NCBI RefSeq assembly: GCF_001194135.2
Contig: NC_068983.1
Coordinates: forward strand, 44,638,963 to 44,702,962
Reading direction: 5' to 3'
Length of the DNA stretch: 64,000 bases
Source of the DNA: Octopus bimaculoides
Lineage: Eukaryota
A program made the position numbers and the translations under genes. Positions within the stretch are counted from its first letter, which is position 1; every line of letters begins with the position of its first letter. Below, one piece after another: positions 1-10,174 of the stretch. The notes below the pieces were generated by a model. It was not told where the DNA came from and made no database searches. It saw only the letters and a program-made list of their open reading frames with translations.

Positions 1-128
1 CATGAGTGCCAGTCAGGTGGCACTGTCATTGGCCACAACTACGATTTCACTTAACTCAACAGGTCATCTGCTGAGTCAAGTGAAACCGTAGTTTTGGCCA
101 ATGCCAGTGCTATGACTATTATTATTAT

Positions 129-190
<62 letters not shown>

Positions 191-1039
191 TATGTGTGTG
201 TGTGTGTGTGTGTGTCTTTGTGTCTGTTTGTCCAGCCACCCTCATTTGACAACCTATGTTGGTGTGGTTATGTCCCTGTACCTAGCAGTTTGGCAAAAGA
301 GACCAACAGAATTAATACCAAGCTTACAAAGAAGTCCTGGAGTCAATTTCTTCAACTAAAAAAAAACCTCTAAGGCGGTACTCCAGCATGGCCACAGTCA
401 AATGACTGAAACAAGCAAAAGAAAAAAAAGAGTATATAAATGCATAATTTGAAAGATTGAATAGAAATAAAATACAAACCATATTATAATTTTTTGACAA
501 ATTTGTGCCATCATTATGAAACGTTTGGCAAAGGGAAGTTTTTCCAACTGCTGAACTACCTATAAAATGGAAATGATAATAATTACTTCTACTGTAGGCA
601 CAAGGTCTTGAAAATTTTTGTAGGGAAGTGGGGCTAGTTGATTACTTCAACCCCAGTGTGTAACTGGTACTTATTTCATCAACCCTGGAAGGTTGAAAGG
701 CAAAGTTGATCTTGGCAGAATTTGAACTCAAAATGTAGCAGCTGATGAAATACTGCTAAGCATTTCGCCCAGTGTGCTAATGATTCTTATTTCTTTATTG
801 CCCACAAGGGGCTAAACATAGAGGGGACAAACAAGGACAGACAAAGGTATTAAGTCGATTACATCGTCCCCAGTGCGCAACTTGTACTTAATTTATTGAC
901 CCCGAAAGGATGAAAGGCAAAGTTGATCTCGGCGGAATTTGAACTCAGAACGTAACGGCAGATGAAATACCGCTAAGCATTTCGCCCGGCATGCTAACAA
1001 GTCTGCCAGCTCACCACCTTAACAGAAACAATAATAATG

Positions 1040-1318
1040 AGGATGATCACTAATTACCATTGTGGTGATAGTGATATTAATGCTGTTAATAATGATGAAC
1101 ATGATCATGATGATGATGATGGAAGTGGCGATGATGATGGAGGTGGTAGTGGTGATGATTATGGCGGTGGTGGTAGTAATGATGATGACGATGATGATAT
1201 GTCGATATGACGATGGTGGTAGTAACGACAGCAAGGGTGATGATAAAGATGGTGGTGATACTAACGATGGTGATGATGACAGTGGTGGCAGTAATGGTGA
1301 TGATGGTAGTGGTGGTCA

Positions 1319-1357
<39 letters not shown>

Positions 1358-1442
1358 TGGTGGTGATGGAAACAAATTTAAATATTTAATATTCAGGCAA
1401 GAAAGCAAAAACAACAAAGACGATCACTTTAACAGACGTTAA

Positions 1443-1474
<32 letters not shown>

Positions 1475-1505
1475 AATGATGATGATAATGATGATGATGA
1501 TGATA
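1040..1505. repeat. (GAT/GGT)n low-complexity tract
   Basis: Direct inspection. Confidence 0.95.
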
Positions 1506-2339
1506 TATAGGGGTTGTAGTGTTGCACTGACGATCACTTGATTCATCATCATCATCATCGTATAACGTCCACTTTCCATGCTAGTATGGGTTGGACGATT
1601 TGACTGAGGACTGGCGAACCAGACTCCAATAAAACCAGTTTACGTATTTCTTTTGCATTCTCTTTTTTATAATTGTCATTTTGTAACTATACCTTTTCTG
1701 TTTTAAAACCCATAAAAAATTATTTTGAAGTGGTTGGGGGGAGGGGTGCTGGAACAGATTAAATTATATTTTAGTTAATTGCAATGGGGAAAATTGATTT
1801 GTAAAATGAGTAAATCATAAGACAAGTTCAGTCATGGAACAAATTAAACTTATACTGCGAGGTATCACTGTCATCATATTCATCATCATCGTCGTCGTTT
1901 AACGTCCACTTTCCATGCTAGCATGGGTTGGACGATTTGACTGAGGACTGGTGAAACCGGATGGCAACACCAGGCTCCAATCTGATTTGGCAGAGTTTCT
2001 ACAGCTGGATGCCCTTCCTAACACCAACTACTACTCTGAGAGTGTAGTGGGTGCTTTTACGTGCCACTGGCAAGAAGGCCAATTGGGCGGGTACTGGCGA
2101 TGACCACGCTCAAAATGGTGTATCTTACGTGCCACCTGCACAGGAGCCAGTCCAGCGGCACTGGCAACGATCTCGCTCGAATGTCTTTTCATGTGCCACT
2201 GGCACAAGTGCCAGGAAGGCGACGTTGGTAATATCATCTGTTTATTTAATACCCAGTGTGAAAGTAATTGGTAAAATTGATTGAAATGAATCAATAACAC
2301 TATACTTTGATTAATATATGCACCTACTGTTTGAAAGCC

Positions 2340-2690
2340 TGAAACACGACTCTCTATTTAACAGTGAACTGGCAGAGGGTAAGTACACACAAAGTGAACA
2401 GAAAAAGCACTTCAAGGATACACTCAAAGCTTCACTGAAGAGTTTTGAGATCAAACCCTCCTCCACCCCAAAACCTGGGAAACACAAGCACAAGCCAGCC
2501 CTTACTGGCAAAGCTGCACCAACAGAGGTGCCACCTCCTACAAGCAGAATGGGATTGCAGGGGTGCAAAGAAAACGCGAAGTGTGCATGTCTAGAGTCAA
2601 CTCCTTGTCGTCAGTTTCAACAAACCACCAGTGCCCGACTTGTATCAGAGCCTTCCAAATACACATTGGACTGGTTAACCATAGCCAGAC
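2340..2690 (+). mobile_element. RTE-clade LINE 3' coding fragment
   Basis: LFNSELAEGKYTQSEQKKHFKDTLKASLKSFEI matches the RTE post-RT motif (LYGEL..GKR..GGQKKRFKDTLKASLK); degenerate C-terminal RAFQIHIGLVNH. Confidence 0.85.
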
Positions 2691-2714
2691 ATGGCGTGCC
2701 CTGCCTTCTTCTCC

Positions 2715-2925
2715 CATGTGATGTCATTGGTCGTCTTCAACAATGACAAATGAATTTGAGGACAGCTGCTTAAAGAAGTGCTGATCTCTAATTGTGGAGG
2801 GAACCAGTAGAAGATGTGAGAAGTGGTGAGAAAGAATCTTCAGACACTGGGTCTCACTAAGGAGATGACAAGGGACTGGAACTTGTGGCAATTTGCTGCA
2901 TTTGAGAAGACATGTCAAGCTAAGT
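2715..2925 (+). mobile_element. Second degraded RTE 3' fragment
   Basis: Same subfamily as 47895-48117 and 51586-51745 (...GEVVRKNLQTLGLTKEMTRDWNLWQFAAFEKT). Confidence 0.7.
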
Positions 2926-3085
2926 AAAATCATGGCCATCCATATATACAAGCATGTCCCTTTTTAGCCATGACCCTGCTCCCTCTCCTAGCTGAGAGGT
3001 CTTTGTCTTGCAGGTGCTAGTGCCACATAAGATGCACCTGTGCCGGTGACATTTAAAGAACACCCAGTGTGAAACCAATAGGTAT

Positions 3086-3704
3086 CATCATTATCATCAT
3101 CATCATCGTTTAACGTCCGTTTTCCATGCTAGCATGGGTTGGACGATTTGACTGAGGACTGGTGAACCAGATGGCTACACCAGGCTCCAATCTGATTTGG
3201 CAGAGCTTCTACAGCTGGATGCCCTTCCTAATGCCAAGCACTCCAAGAGTGTAGTGGGTGCTTTTACATGCCACCGGCACGAAGGCCAGTCAGCTGGTAC
3301 TGGCAATGGCCACGCTCAAAATGGTGTATTTTACGTGACACCTGCACAGGAGCCAGTCCAGCGGCACTGGCAACGATCTCACTCAAATGTCTTTACACGT
3401 GCCAGGAAGGTGACGCTGGGCACAGGTGCCATCCCGATTTCACTTTCCCTTGCCCCAACAGGTCTTCGCAAGCCGAGTTTAGTGTCCAGTGAAGGAGACG
3501 AAGTTGGCATGGGAGCCAGTCGTCGAATTTAGTTCGATTTTGATTTCACTTGCTTCAACAGGTCTTCACAAGCGGAGTTTAGTGTCCGATGAAGGAAGGT
3601 ACACATAAGTGGGCTGGCTACATCCCTGGCAGAGGCCTTGGATTTAGGTCTCACTTGGCTTGCCGGGTCTTCTCACGCACAGCATATTTCCAAAGGTCTC
3701 TGTC
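3086..3704 (-). mobile_element. SINE family D (GGAAGGGCATCCAGCTGTAGAAA core resembling the Meta domain; RTE-like tail ending in (GAT)n); representative long copy
   Basis: 6-bp TSD AGGTAT at 3080-3085 and 3705-3710. Related copies at about 1880-2220, 15905-16104, 22480-22795, 44340-44575, 55145-55586 and 59715-60070. Confidence 0.8.
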
Positions 3705-4905
3705 AGGTATGATTGACAGAAATTAATCTATAACACTATACTTTGATTAATATACGCACCTACTGTTCGAGTGCCCGACACGCTGGTGACATGTAAAGAG
3801 CACTCAGCACACTCTGTAAAGTGGTTAGTGTTCCGAAGAGCATCCAGCAGTAGATCCCTTGCCGAAACAGACAACTGGAGCCTGGACAGCTTGCCAGCTC
3901 CTGTGAAACTGTCTAACTCAGTGATTCCCAAACTTTTTGGGGCTGCCGCCCTCTTGACACCCAGGCTACATTCCTAGTTCCCCCACTCCAAGTAACCATA
4001 AAAAACGTAGACCTCTTTCTGAAGCAAATTCAAAGCAACTGGATTTCACCAATAAAACAACCTAATAAACCCATTATTTTGTTTTTTAACATGAATCATT
4101 ACCCCCACATTTTACATAAATTGCTACCCCATTATCGCCCCCTTGGAACTTTCCACTGCCCCCAGAGGGGCAATACCGCCCACTTTGAGAACCACTGGTC
4201 TAACCCATGCCAACGTGGAAAACGGACGTTAAATGGTGATGATGATTCTAGTGACAAATATATGAGTGCGTATTTTTTGAAAAGAATATAAGTTTATCAC
4301 AAGTGAAAAAATGGTTGAGGAGCACTGATATAGATAGAAAAGTAGATAGACACAAACACAGTTAATCTATTAATACAGACATCTAACGAGGAGATGTGTA
4401 TCTGCTAGAAATAACAGTCAAAAATTCGCTCAGATCACACTCTACCGCTGTTGAAAAGGATACATCGGATAATGTATCTTTTAATGAATATTTGTTATTA
4501 CCAGCGAATATTAACTACTATTCCACCCCAACCCACCAGTGGCGATAGGTCTACAAGGAAGCTTGTCCCTTTAGAAATAATAGCTATATATCCTTTTAAC
4601 CACATCATATCACCATAGAAGTAAAGAAAATGTTCGATAATGGCATTCTAGAGAGATAGTCACACTACATTTATAAAGATAAAGGGATGGTAGCAGCTTG
4701 AATGTTTTCGATCTTAGGTATGGTTTATCAGACGTGATACTACAAACCTAGGGTTAAACAGTAATAATGTCAGAGCACAAACACACATGTACATACAGGC
4801 GTACAAATGCACACATACATACCAGCTCGCACGTTCATGCATTACGATGCATGTGCCTGTACTTAGATGCTTTTGACATACACAAAATATAAACAACTAA
4901 CTCAC

Positions 4906-4942
4906 CAAGAAGAAAGCATTTAGCGTGGAGAACCGTCGTCAT
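4906..4942 (-). CDS. Candidate first exon (MTTVLHAKCFLL...) of a minus-strand gene; could be 5' UTR
   Basis: accATG start at 4942, strong donor CTTG|GTGAGT at 4906/4905, X-box-like GTTGCTAAGGAATA at 4944-4957. No homology recognised. Confidence 0.3.
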
Positions 4943-5653
4943 GGTTGCTAAGGAATAAAACGGATGTAATCAACAGATTCTAATAACGCAGTTAATCAGT
5001 TTTAGCATGCATGAAATTTCTTGTTTATATATCTGTGAAATAATATCGTCTCCTCCGGGATACCCAATATTTATTAAAGAATCAAATAATTAAGATTTAA
5101 AATATTTTTTATCAACAAATGCTACATTTTCTTTTTATTTTAAACTACTTAAATTTCATACAGTGTCGATACACACGAGTGAACAATAGATAAATCAATT
5201 CACCAAAATTTCTTCAACCACTTGAAGTTTTTCAAATTTTCATCATATTACATTTTAAAAAAATGTAGTTCTCATGCTGATGATGAAAATTGCATTCACA
5301 TTTTCTGGGCTTATGCAGTTTCGCACCTCTCCTTGAAAAATGCATTAAAAAAAAAATTTTTAGATATCGGAGATTACGAATATGCAAAAAAAGTAATTTT
5401 TTAATTTCACCCCCACCTCTTCCCCACCACAATTTAAATTTTGGTTTTGTTTACATAGAACGTGCTGATGTGTATACAAATTGCTGTCAATTACACGAAG
5501 GGAAGAAACAGGGTTATTCGAGATTCCAATTACGTCCCTTGCATCGGAAAAGAAACCAAAAGAACGAAATAAAAAAACTTCTAAACTTTAGAAAAATAAA
5601 AGAAATACATTATTTACATTTGACGGATATTTGTCCTCATCTTGTGTGTTGTT

Positions 5654-5699
5654 AACACAACGTTTCGGTTGATATACCCACCAGCCTTCATCAGGAGTC
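5654..5699 (-). ncRNA. Second (antisense) copy of the minimal hammerhead motif
   Basis: GACTC-CTGATGA-A-GGCTG(gtgggtatat)CAACC-GAAA-CGTT-GTGTT; one mismatch in each of stems I and II. Confidence 0.55.
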
Positions 5700-5765
5700 T
5701 TGGTGAAATTTCGAACTTGGGTTCTCATTCCTAAGGTTCGAAACCCAGGTTCGAAATTTTCCCAA

Positions 5766-5811
5766 GACACCTGATGAAAGCTGGAGGGTATATCACCCGA
5801 AACGTTGTGTT
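5766..5811 (+). ncRNA. Type I minimal hammerhead ribozyme motif, stem II mutated
   Basis: GACAC-CTGATGA-A-AGCTG(gagggtatat)CACCC-GAAA-CG-T-T-GTGTT. Stem I GACAC/GTGTT pairs; stem III is the palindrome ACGT. Confidence 0.55.
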
Positions 5812-7997
5812 AACAGCAAACAAGATGAAAATAAATATCCATCAAATGTAAATAATGTACATAATTCCTCATCTCTTAAATATTGAAATGAATAAAGGAG
5901 ATTTTACCCTTGACGTAAATCGTTATGGTTTCTTCTAATTTAATTTGAATGCTTTAAAAACAACGATTTTTATAATGTTTTTCCACTCAATAAACGTCAA
6001 ATTTATGAGGCCTGTCATTATTTTCGTCACACACACACACACAACGCACAAATTCCCATGTGTACGTGTACACAAGCCTATACATAAATGCATGCATGCA
6101 TGCATATTTGATTTATGCGATTGTAAATCATTAACTGTTAAATAAGAAATGTATGAATTCAGTTAAATATATATTTATATATATAACTGTGTTTGTGTGT
6201 GTTCTTTTATTTATAGATTTTTTTTACCAATGTAAAAAGAGCCAGTTGCTAACCTAGATCCAAGTGTCCTTCACTGAAATTTCAACATCAATGAGGTATT
6301 TGTACATGTTTGTATGTGTGCAAGAATTTGGAATCAATGCACACAAATACACACATGGATCTGTCTTGTTTTTTTGTAGCTATTCTTTTTCTTTTACTTG
6401 TTTCAGTCATTTGACTGCGGCCATGCTGGAGCACCGCCTTTAGTCGAGCAAATCGACCCCAGAGATTAATTCCGATTCTTTAATTCAAGATATTTGGAAT
6501 TGTGTAAATGTATGAATTTTAAACATACACACACACGCACACAGAAAATCTGCCTTTTATAGATTAGATAAGATATATATATATGCATGTATGTGTGTGT
6601 GTATATATTTGTGTGTCTGTGCTTGTTCCTCCAACATCACTTGACAACCGATGCTGGTGTATTCATGTCCCCGTAACTTAGCGGTTCGGCAATAAGAGAC
6701 TATTATCATCATCATCATCATCATCACTATTGTTATTTAAAAGGGTTTTTTTCTCTCAATTTATTGAATTTATATATTTTTAAAAATTTTTGTGGGAGGC
6801 AGTATTTTGGCCTGAAATGAAAATGTATTTGTTAATAATAATCTTTGAATGTACTTTTCATTCTGGAATTTTGTTTTCTTTCCTTTGTCTTGTTTTTTTT
6901 TGGGGGGGGGGATATTTTACTTTGTAAAGCAACAACAACTTAAACATTAACAAAAGTGACAAATTCTAAATCTGATGCAATCACTCTACCTAGAAAATTC
7001 AGGAGTAAATTAAATGTCATTCAACAACATATTAAAAAAGTGTATCATAATAGCAACACGTTTTTATATTTGAAACCAAAACAATCAATATCAATATTAT
7101 TATTAACATGTGTGTGTGCGTGTGTGTGTGTGTGTGTATTATAATACAGTTTGACTCAGATTCACGTGTCATAAAGTTTAGTGGGTAAAGTACATAATGT
7201 ATAACTTTAAATCAAAAACGTCATCAAATAATATATGTAACCCTTACAAAATGTACAGCATGCTACTATGTCTTGTTTGTCCTTTTACGTGTGTGTGTGT
7301 GTGTGCGTATGTGCATGTGTGCGTATGTGTGTGTGTGTGTAAAGCATAGTTATGTGGGATGAAGTTTGTTTTCTGGTTTTAGTTCCACTGTTATAGCAGC
7401 TTTGGGTGCTATAACAATAAGCTCTGGGACAATTAAAGCCTTGTGAGTAGATTTAGTAGATGGAAACTGAAAGAAGCCCATTGTATATANNNNNNNNNNN
7501 NNNNNNNNNNNNNNNNNNNNNNNNNNNNNNNNNNNNNNNNNNNNNNNNNNNNNNNNNNNNNNNNNNNNNNNNNNNNNNNNNNNNNNNNNNNNNNNNNNNN
7601 NNNNNNNNNNNNNNNNNNNNNNNNNNNNNNNNNNNNNNNNNNNNNNNNNNNNNNNNNNNNNNNNNNNNNNNNNNNNNNNNNNNNNNNNNNNNNNNNNNNN
7701 NNNNNNNNNNNNNNNNNNNNNNNNNNNNNNNNNNNNNNNNNNNNNNNNNNNNNNNNNNNNNNNNNNNNNNNNNNNNNNNNNNNNNNNNNNNNNNNNNNNN
7801 NNNNNNNNNNNNNNNNNNNNNNNNNNNNNNNNNNNNNNNNNNNNNNNNNNNNNNNNNNNNNNNNNNNNNNNNNNNNNNNNNNNNNNNNNNNNNNNNNNNN
7901 NNNNNNNNNNNNNNNNNNNNNNNNNNNNNNNNNNNNNNNNNGTGAGTGCGACACCCTAGCTGTTACCCATCACGCCCTCGGTATTGACAGTAGACGT

Positions 7998-8326
7998 TGT
8001 TGTTCTCGGCACTCCGTCGCAACAGCCTGCTCGTGAAATTAACGTGCAAGTGACTGAGCACTCCACAGACACGTGTACCCTTAACGTAGTTCTCGGGGAT
8101 ATTCAGCGTGACACAGTGTGACAAGACTGACCCTTTGAATTACAGGCACAGCAGAAACAGGAAGTAAGAGTGAGAGAAAGTTGTGGTGAAAGAGTACAGC
8201 CGGAGCCTTGTGAAACTGTAGGTGTTTTCGCTCAATAAACACTCACAATGCCCGGTCTGGGAAACGAAACCGCGATCCTATGACCGCGAGTCCGCTGCCC
8301 TAACCATTGGGCCATTGCGCCTCCAC
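7998..8326 (-). mobile_element. tRNA-headed SINE, family A (CAA tail), with a short internal deletion
   Basis: Head GTGGAGGCGCAATGGCCCA.TGGTTAGGGCAGCGG with A/B-box-like motifs; perfect 12-bp TSD GACAGTAGACGT at 7986-7997 and 8327-8338. Confidence 0.9.
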
Positions 8327-8349
8327 GACAGTAGACGTATATAAGAAAC

Positions 8350-8400
8350 GACACCGGTAGGAAGTGACGTAAATTGTCTCTCTCGAAGTAAACTTCCGCT
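8350..8400 (+). promoter_or_regulatory. Candidate promoter with ETS/CRE-type motifs
   Basis: GGAAGTGACGT at 8360-8370 (adjacent ETS core and CRE half-site) and ACTTCCGC at 8392-8399, in locally CpG-retaining sequence about 350 bp upstream of the 8741 ORF. Confidence 0.5.
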
Positions 8401-8649
8401 TTCATTGTTATGTTTCCACAAATTATCGGGAGACGTTAATTAATATTGTCAAAATAAATTGAAAATATATATATAAATACTAATAACAATAAGATGGAAA
8501 GGATAAAAGTTCAAAAACTTATTCAATCTCATTTGACTGAAAAGGATTTACATGTATAAGCTTTACCGAGCAGTTTTTTCTGAACGGAATCTTAAACGCT
8601 ATTTGAAAGATTGTGTCTTAAAAGTTTTGCTCATTTTAGGATCATTTTA

Positions 8650-8746
8650 TTTACCAGCTGAATTTAGGATTATTTACCACCTGAATTTAGGATAATTGCT
8701 TTACCACCTGAATTTAGGATCATTAATTTACTACCTGAATATGGAT
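8650..8746 (+). repeat. Four copies of a 20-21 bp unit TTTACCACCTGAATTTAGGAT; the last overlaps the ORF start codon
   Basis: Copies at 8650-8670, 8673-8693, 8700-8720 and a degenerate one at 8727-8746 (TTTACTACCTGAATATGGAT). Confidence 0.9.
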
Positions 8747-9001
8747 CAGCTACTTGTGACAGAACAAATGCGAGAAGCGCAGTCAAAGTTTGAAAAAGCT
8801 TGTCATCAAATTGTATTGCTTGATCAGAAGATACGGGACTTGGAGGTGCGTTATAAAAGAGCTGTAAAAAATAAGAAAAATTCTTTTCGGTATAATCTAA
8901 GATTACGTTTGTCTGTTGTAACGGGTGTAAAGATGATGTATCACCATTATGCCAGTACCAAAGCTGAGGAATTGGACTTACTCCGGCGCCAGATAGTCTG
9001 A
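8741..9001 (+). CDS. Intronless 86-aa basic, helical protein of unknown function (MDQLLVTEQMREAQSKFEKACHQIVLLDQKIRDLEVRYKRAVKNKKNSFRYNLRLRLSVVTGVKMMYHHYASTKAEELDLLRRQIV)
   Basis: Non-repetitive open frame with strong start context (gaatATGg), TGA at 8999-9001 and AATAAA about 40 nt downstream. Coiled-coil-like periodicity in the N-terminal half. Promoter-like motifs at 8360-8399. Confidence 0.7.
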   Translation: MDQLLVTEQMREAQSKFEKACHQIVLLDQKIRDLEVRYKRAVKNKKNSFRYNLRLRLSVVTGVKMMYHHYASTKAEELDLLRRQIV

Positions 9002-9918
9002 GACTCGACGACAAACAAACAACCACGGGAATCTTAAGTTGAATAAATTGATTTATCTATCCATAATGACGAACTTCTAAAAATTTGTGAGGAAGTGAAA
9101 AAAAAAGCTAAGAAGAAATGTTTTAGAATGAAAAAAAAAAAAGATATAATATTTAAAAAAATTTTTTAAATGAAAAGAGAAAAAATTAAATTATAAATAT
9201 TTCATAGGAATTATAATTTTTTTTCGCTTGTTTTAATACCAAATGCTGCTATGATGAAAAAAGGAGGACCCCCCCCCCCAAAAAAAAAATAATAATTATC
9301 CCACCACACCTTCACACTCCTCATCTGGCAGCTGTTCTTTGTTCTTCCAACTAAACAGTGACCATGGCGATAATTCATAATAAAATGCCTTTCTGTTCTA
9401 CTCCATTCAAGAATACATACATACACACACACACACATATATATATATTCTGGAACATCTATCTATGCATGAACACCAATTTCTCACCCGGCTGATAAGT
9501 TTGTAGTTTACAAATATACAACTGTCTTGTGTCTAAGAGAAAGCCATACTCGCAACATGTTCTTCAACTCAAAATGTATATGTATATATATACAAAAGCT
9601 CTGAAAAAAAAATTAATGCTCCCCTGTCATATTTTTTCCAACAACCCAACTGGATCCTTCAACACAAATCATACTGATTCTCTTAGAACCCATAAATACA
9701 TGCAATTTCGTTGTCATGACATTGTGTACTAAATCACTCTCCCCTCTGGCGAAGAACGATGTGCTTCGGACACGCATACATTTGTCGCCGTGTCATCTGT
9801 TCGATCTCAGAGACATTATCTTACATGGTCACCTATTCGTTCTTTCGATTGTCCGTATTACATTAAATGTTTTTCGATTAGTAATGACTGCCAACTAAGA
9901 TCATTATGTTTTTGTTTC

Positions 9919-9949
<31 letters not shown>

Positions 9950-10046
9950 CAAAAATAGTAGTGCTATTGTCAATTTCCATTTTAAGCGTTAAATCTTTTG
10001 ATTTCATTTTTTTCGTTTTTCTGCATTCATAATACACGAGTCCCTT

Positions 10047-10174
10047 ATATTTTATTTTGGCCGCGACGGTCTGTTCCTCCTCTGAGTTTCGCCTGTGGGA
10101 ATACAGGGAAGACCCTGTGCATCCACAGAAAAACCTCATAGTAGCAAGGGTCTGACTCGGCCAAAATAAAATAT
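10047..10174. other. 128-nt multi-stem hairpin
   Basis: Perfect 17-bp outer stem ATATTTTATTTTGGCCG/CGGCCAAAATAAAATAT; inner stems TGAGTTTC/AAAACCTCA, CTGTGG/CCACAG and ACAGGG/CCCTGT with a 4-nt loop. Confidence 0.85.

Larger units (their letters stand above)
5607..5858. mobile_element. Inverted pair of Penelope-like terminal repeats, each with a minimal hammerhead-ribozyme motif
   Basis: About 117-bp arms (5607-5723, 5742-5858). Each arm has CTGATGA-A-stem II-GAAA-CGTT. Inverted terminal repeats and minimal hammerheads are established Penelope-like element features. Confidence 0.75.

Noticed and set aside
1019-1442. Overlapping Met/Asp/Gly/His/Thr-rich ORFs
   Set aside because: Translations of a (GAT/GGT)n tract; stop-poor in several frames on both strands.
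7433-8036. Long ORFs spanning N runs (also near 30.3, 36.3, 38.1, 40.2, 53.1, 58.6 and 61.5 kb)
   Set aside because: Length comes from assembly gaps.
10047-10174. SECIS element or hammerhead in this hairpin
   Set aside because: The ATGA pairs Watson-Crick rather than forming the GA quartet, there is no apical AA motif, and no CTGANGA core accompanies the CGAAAC.
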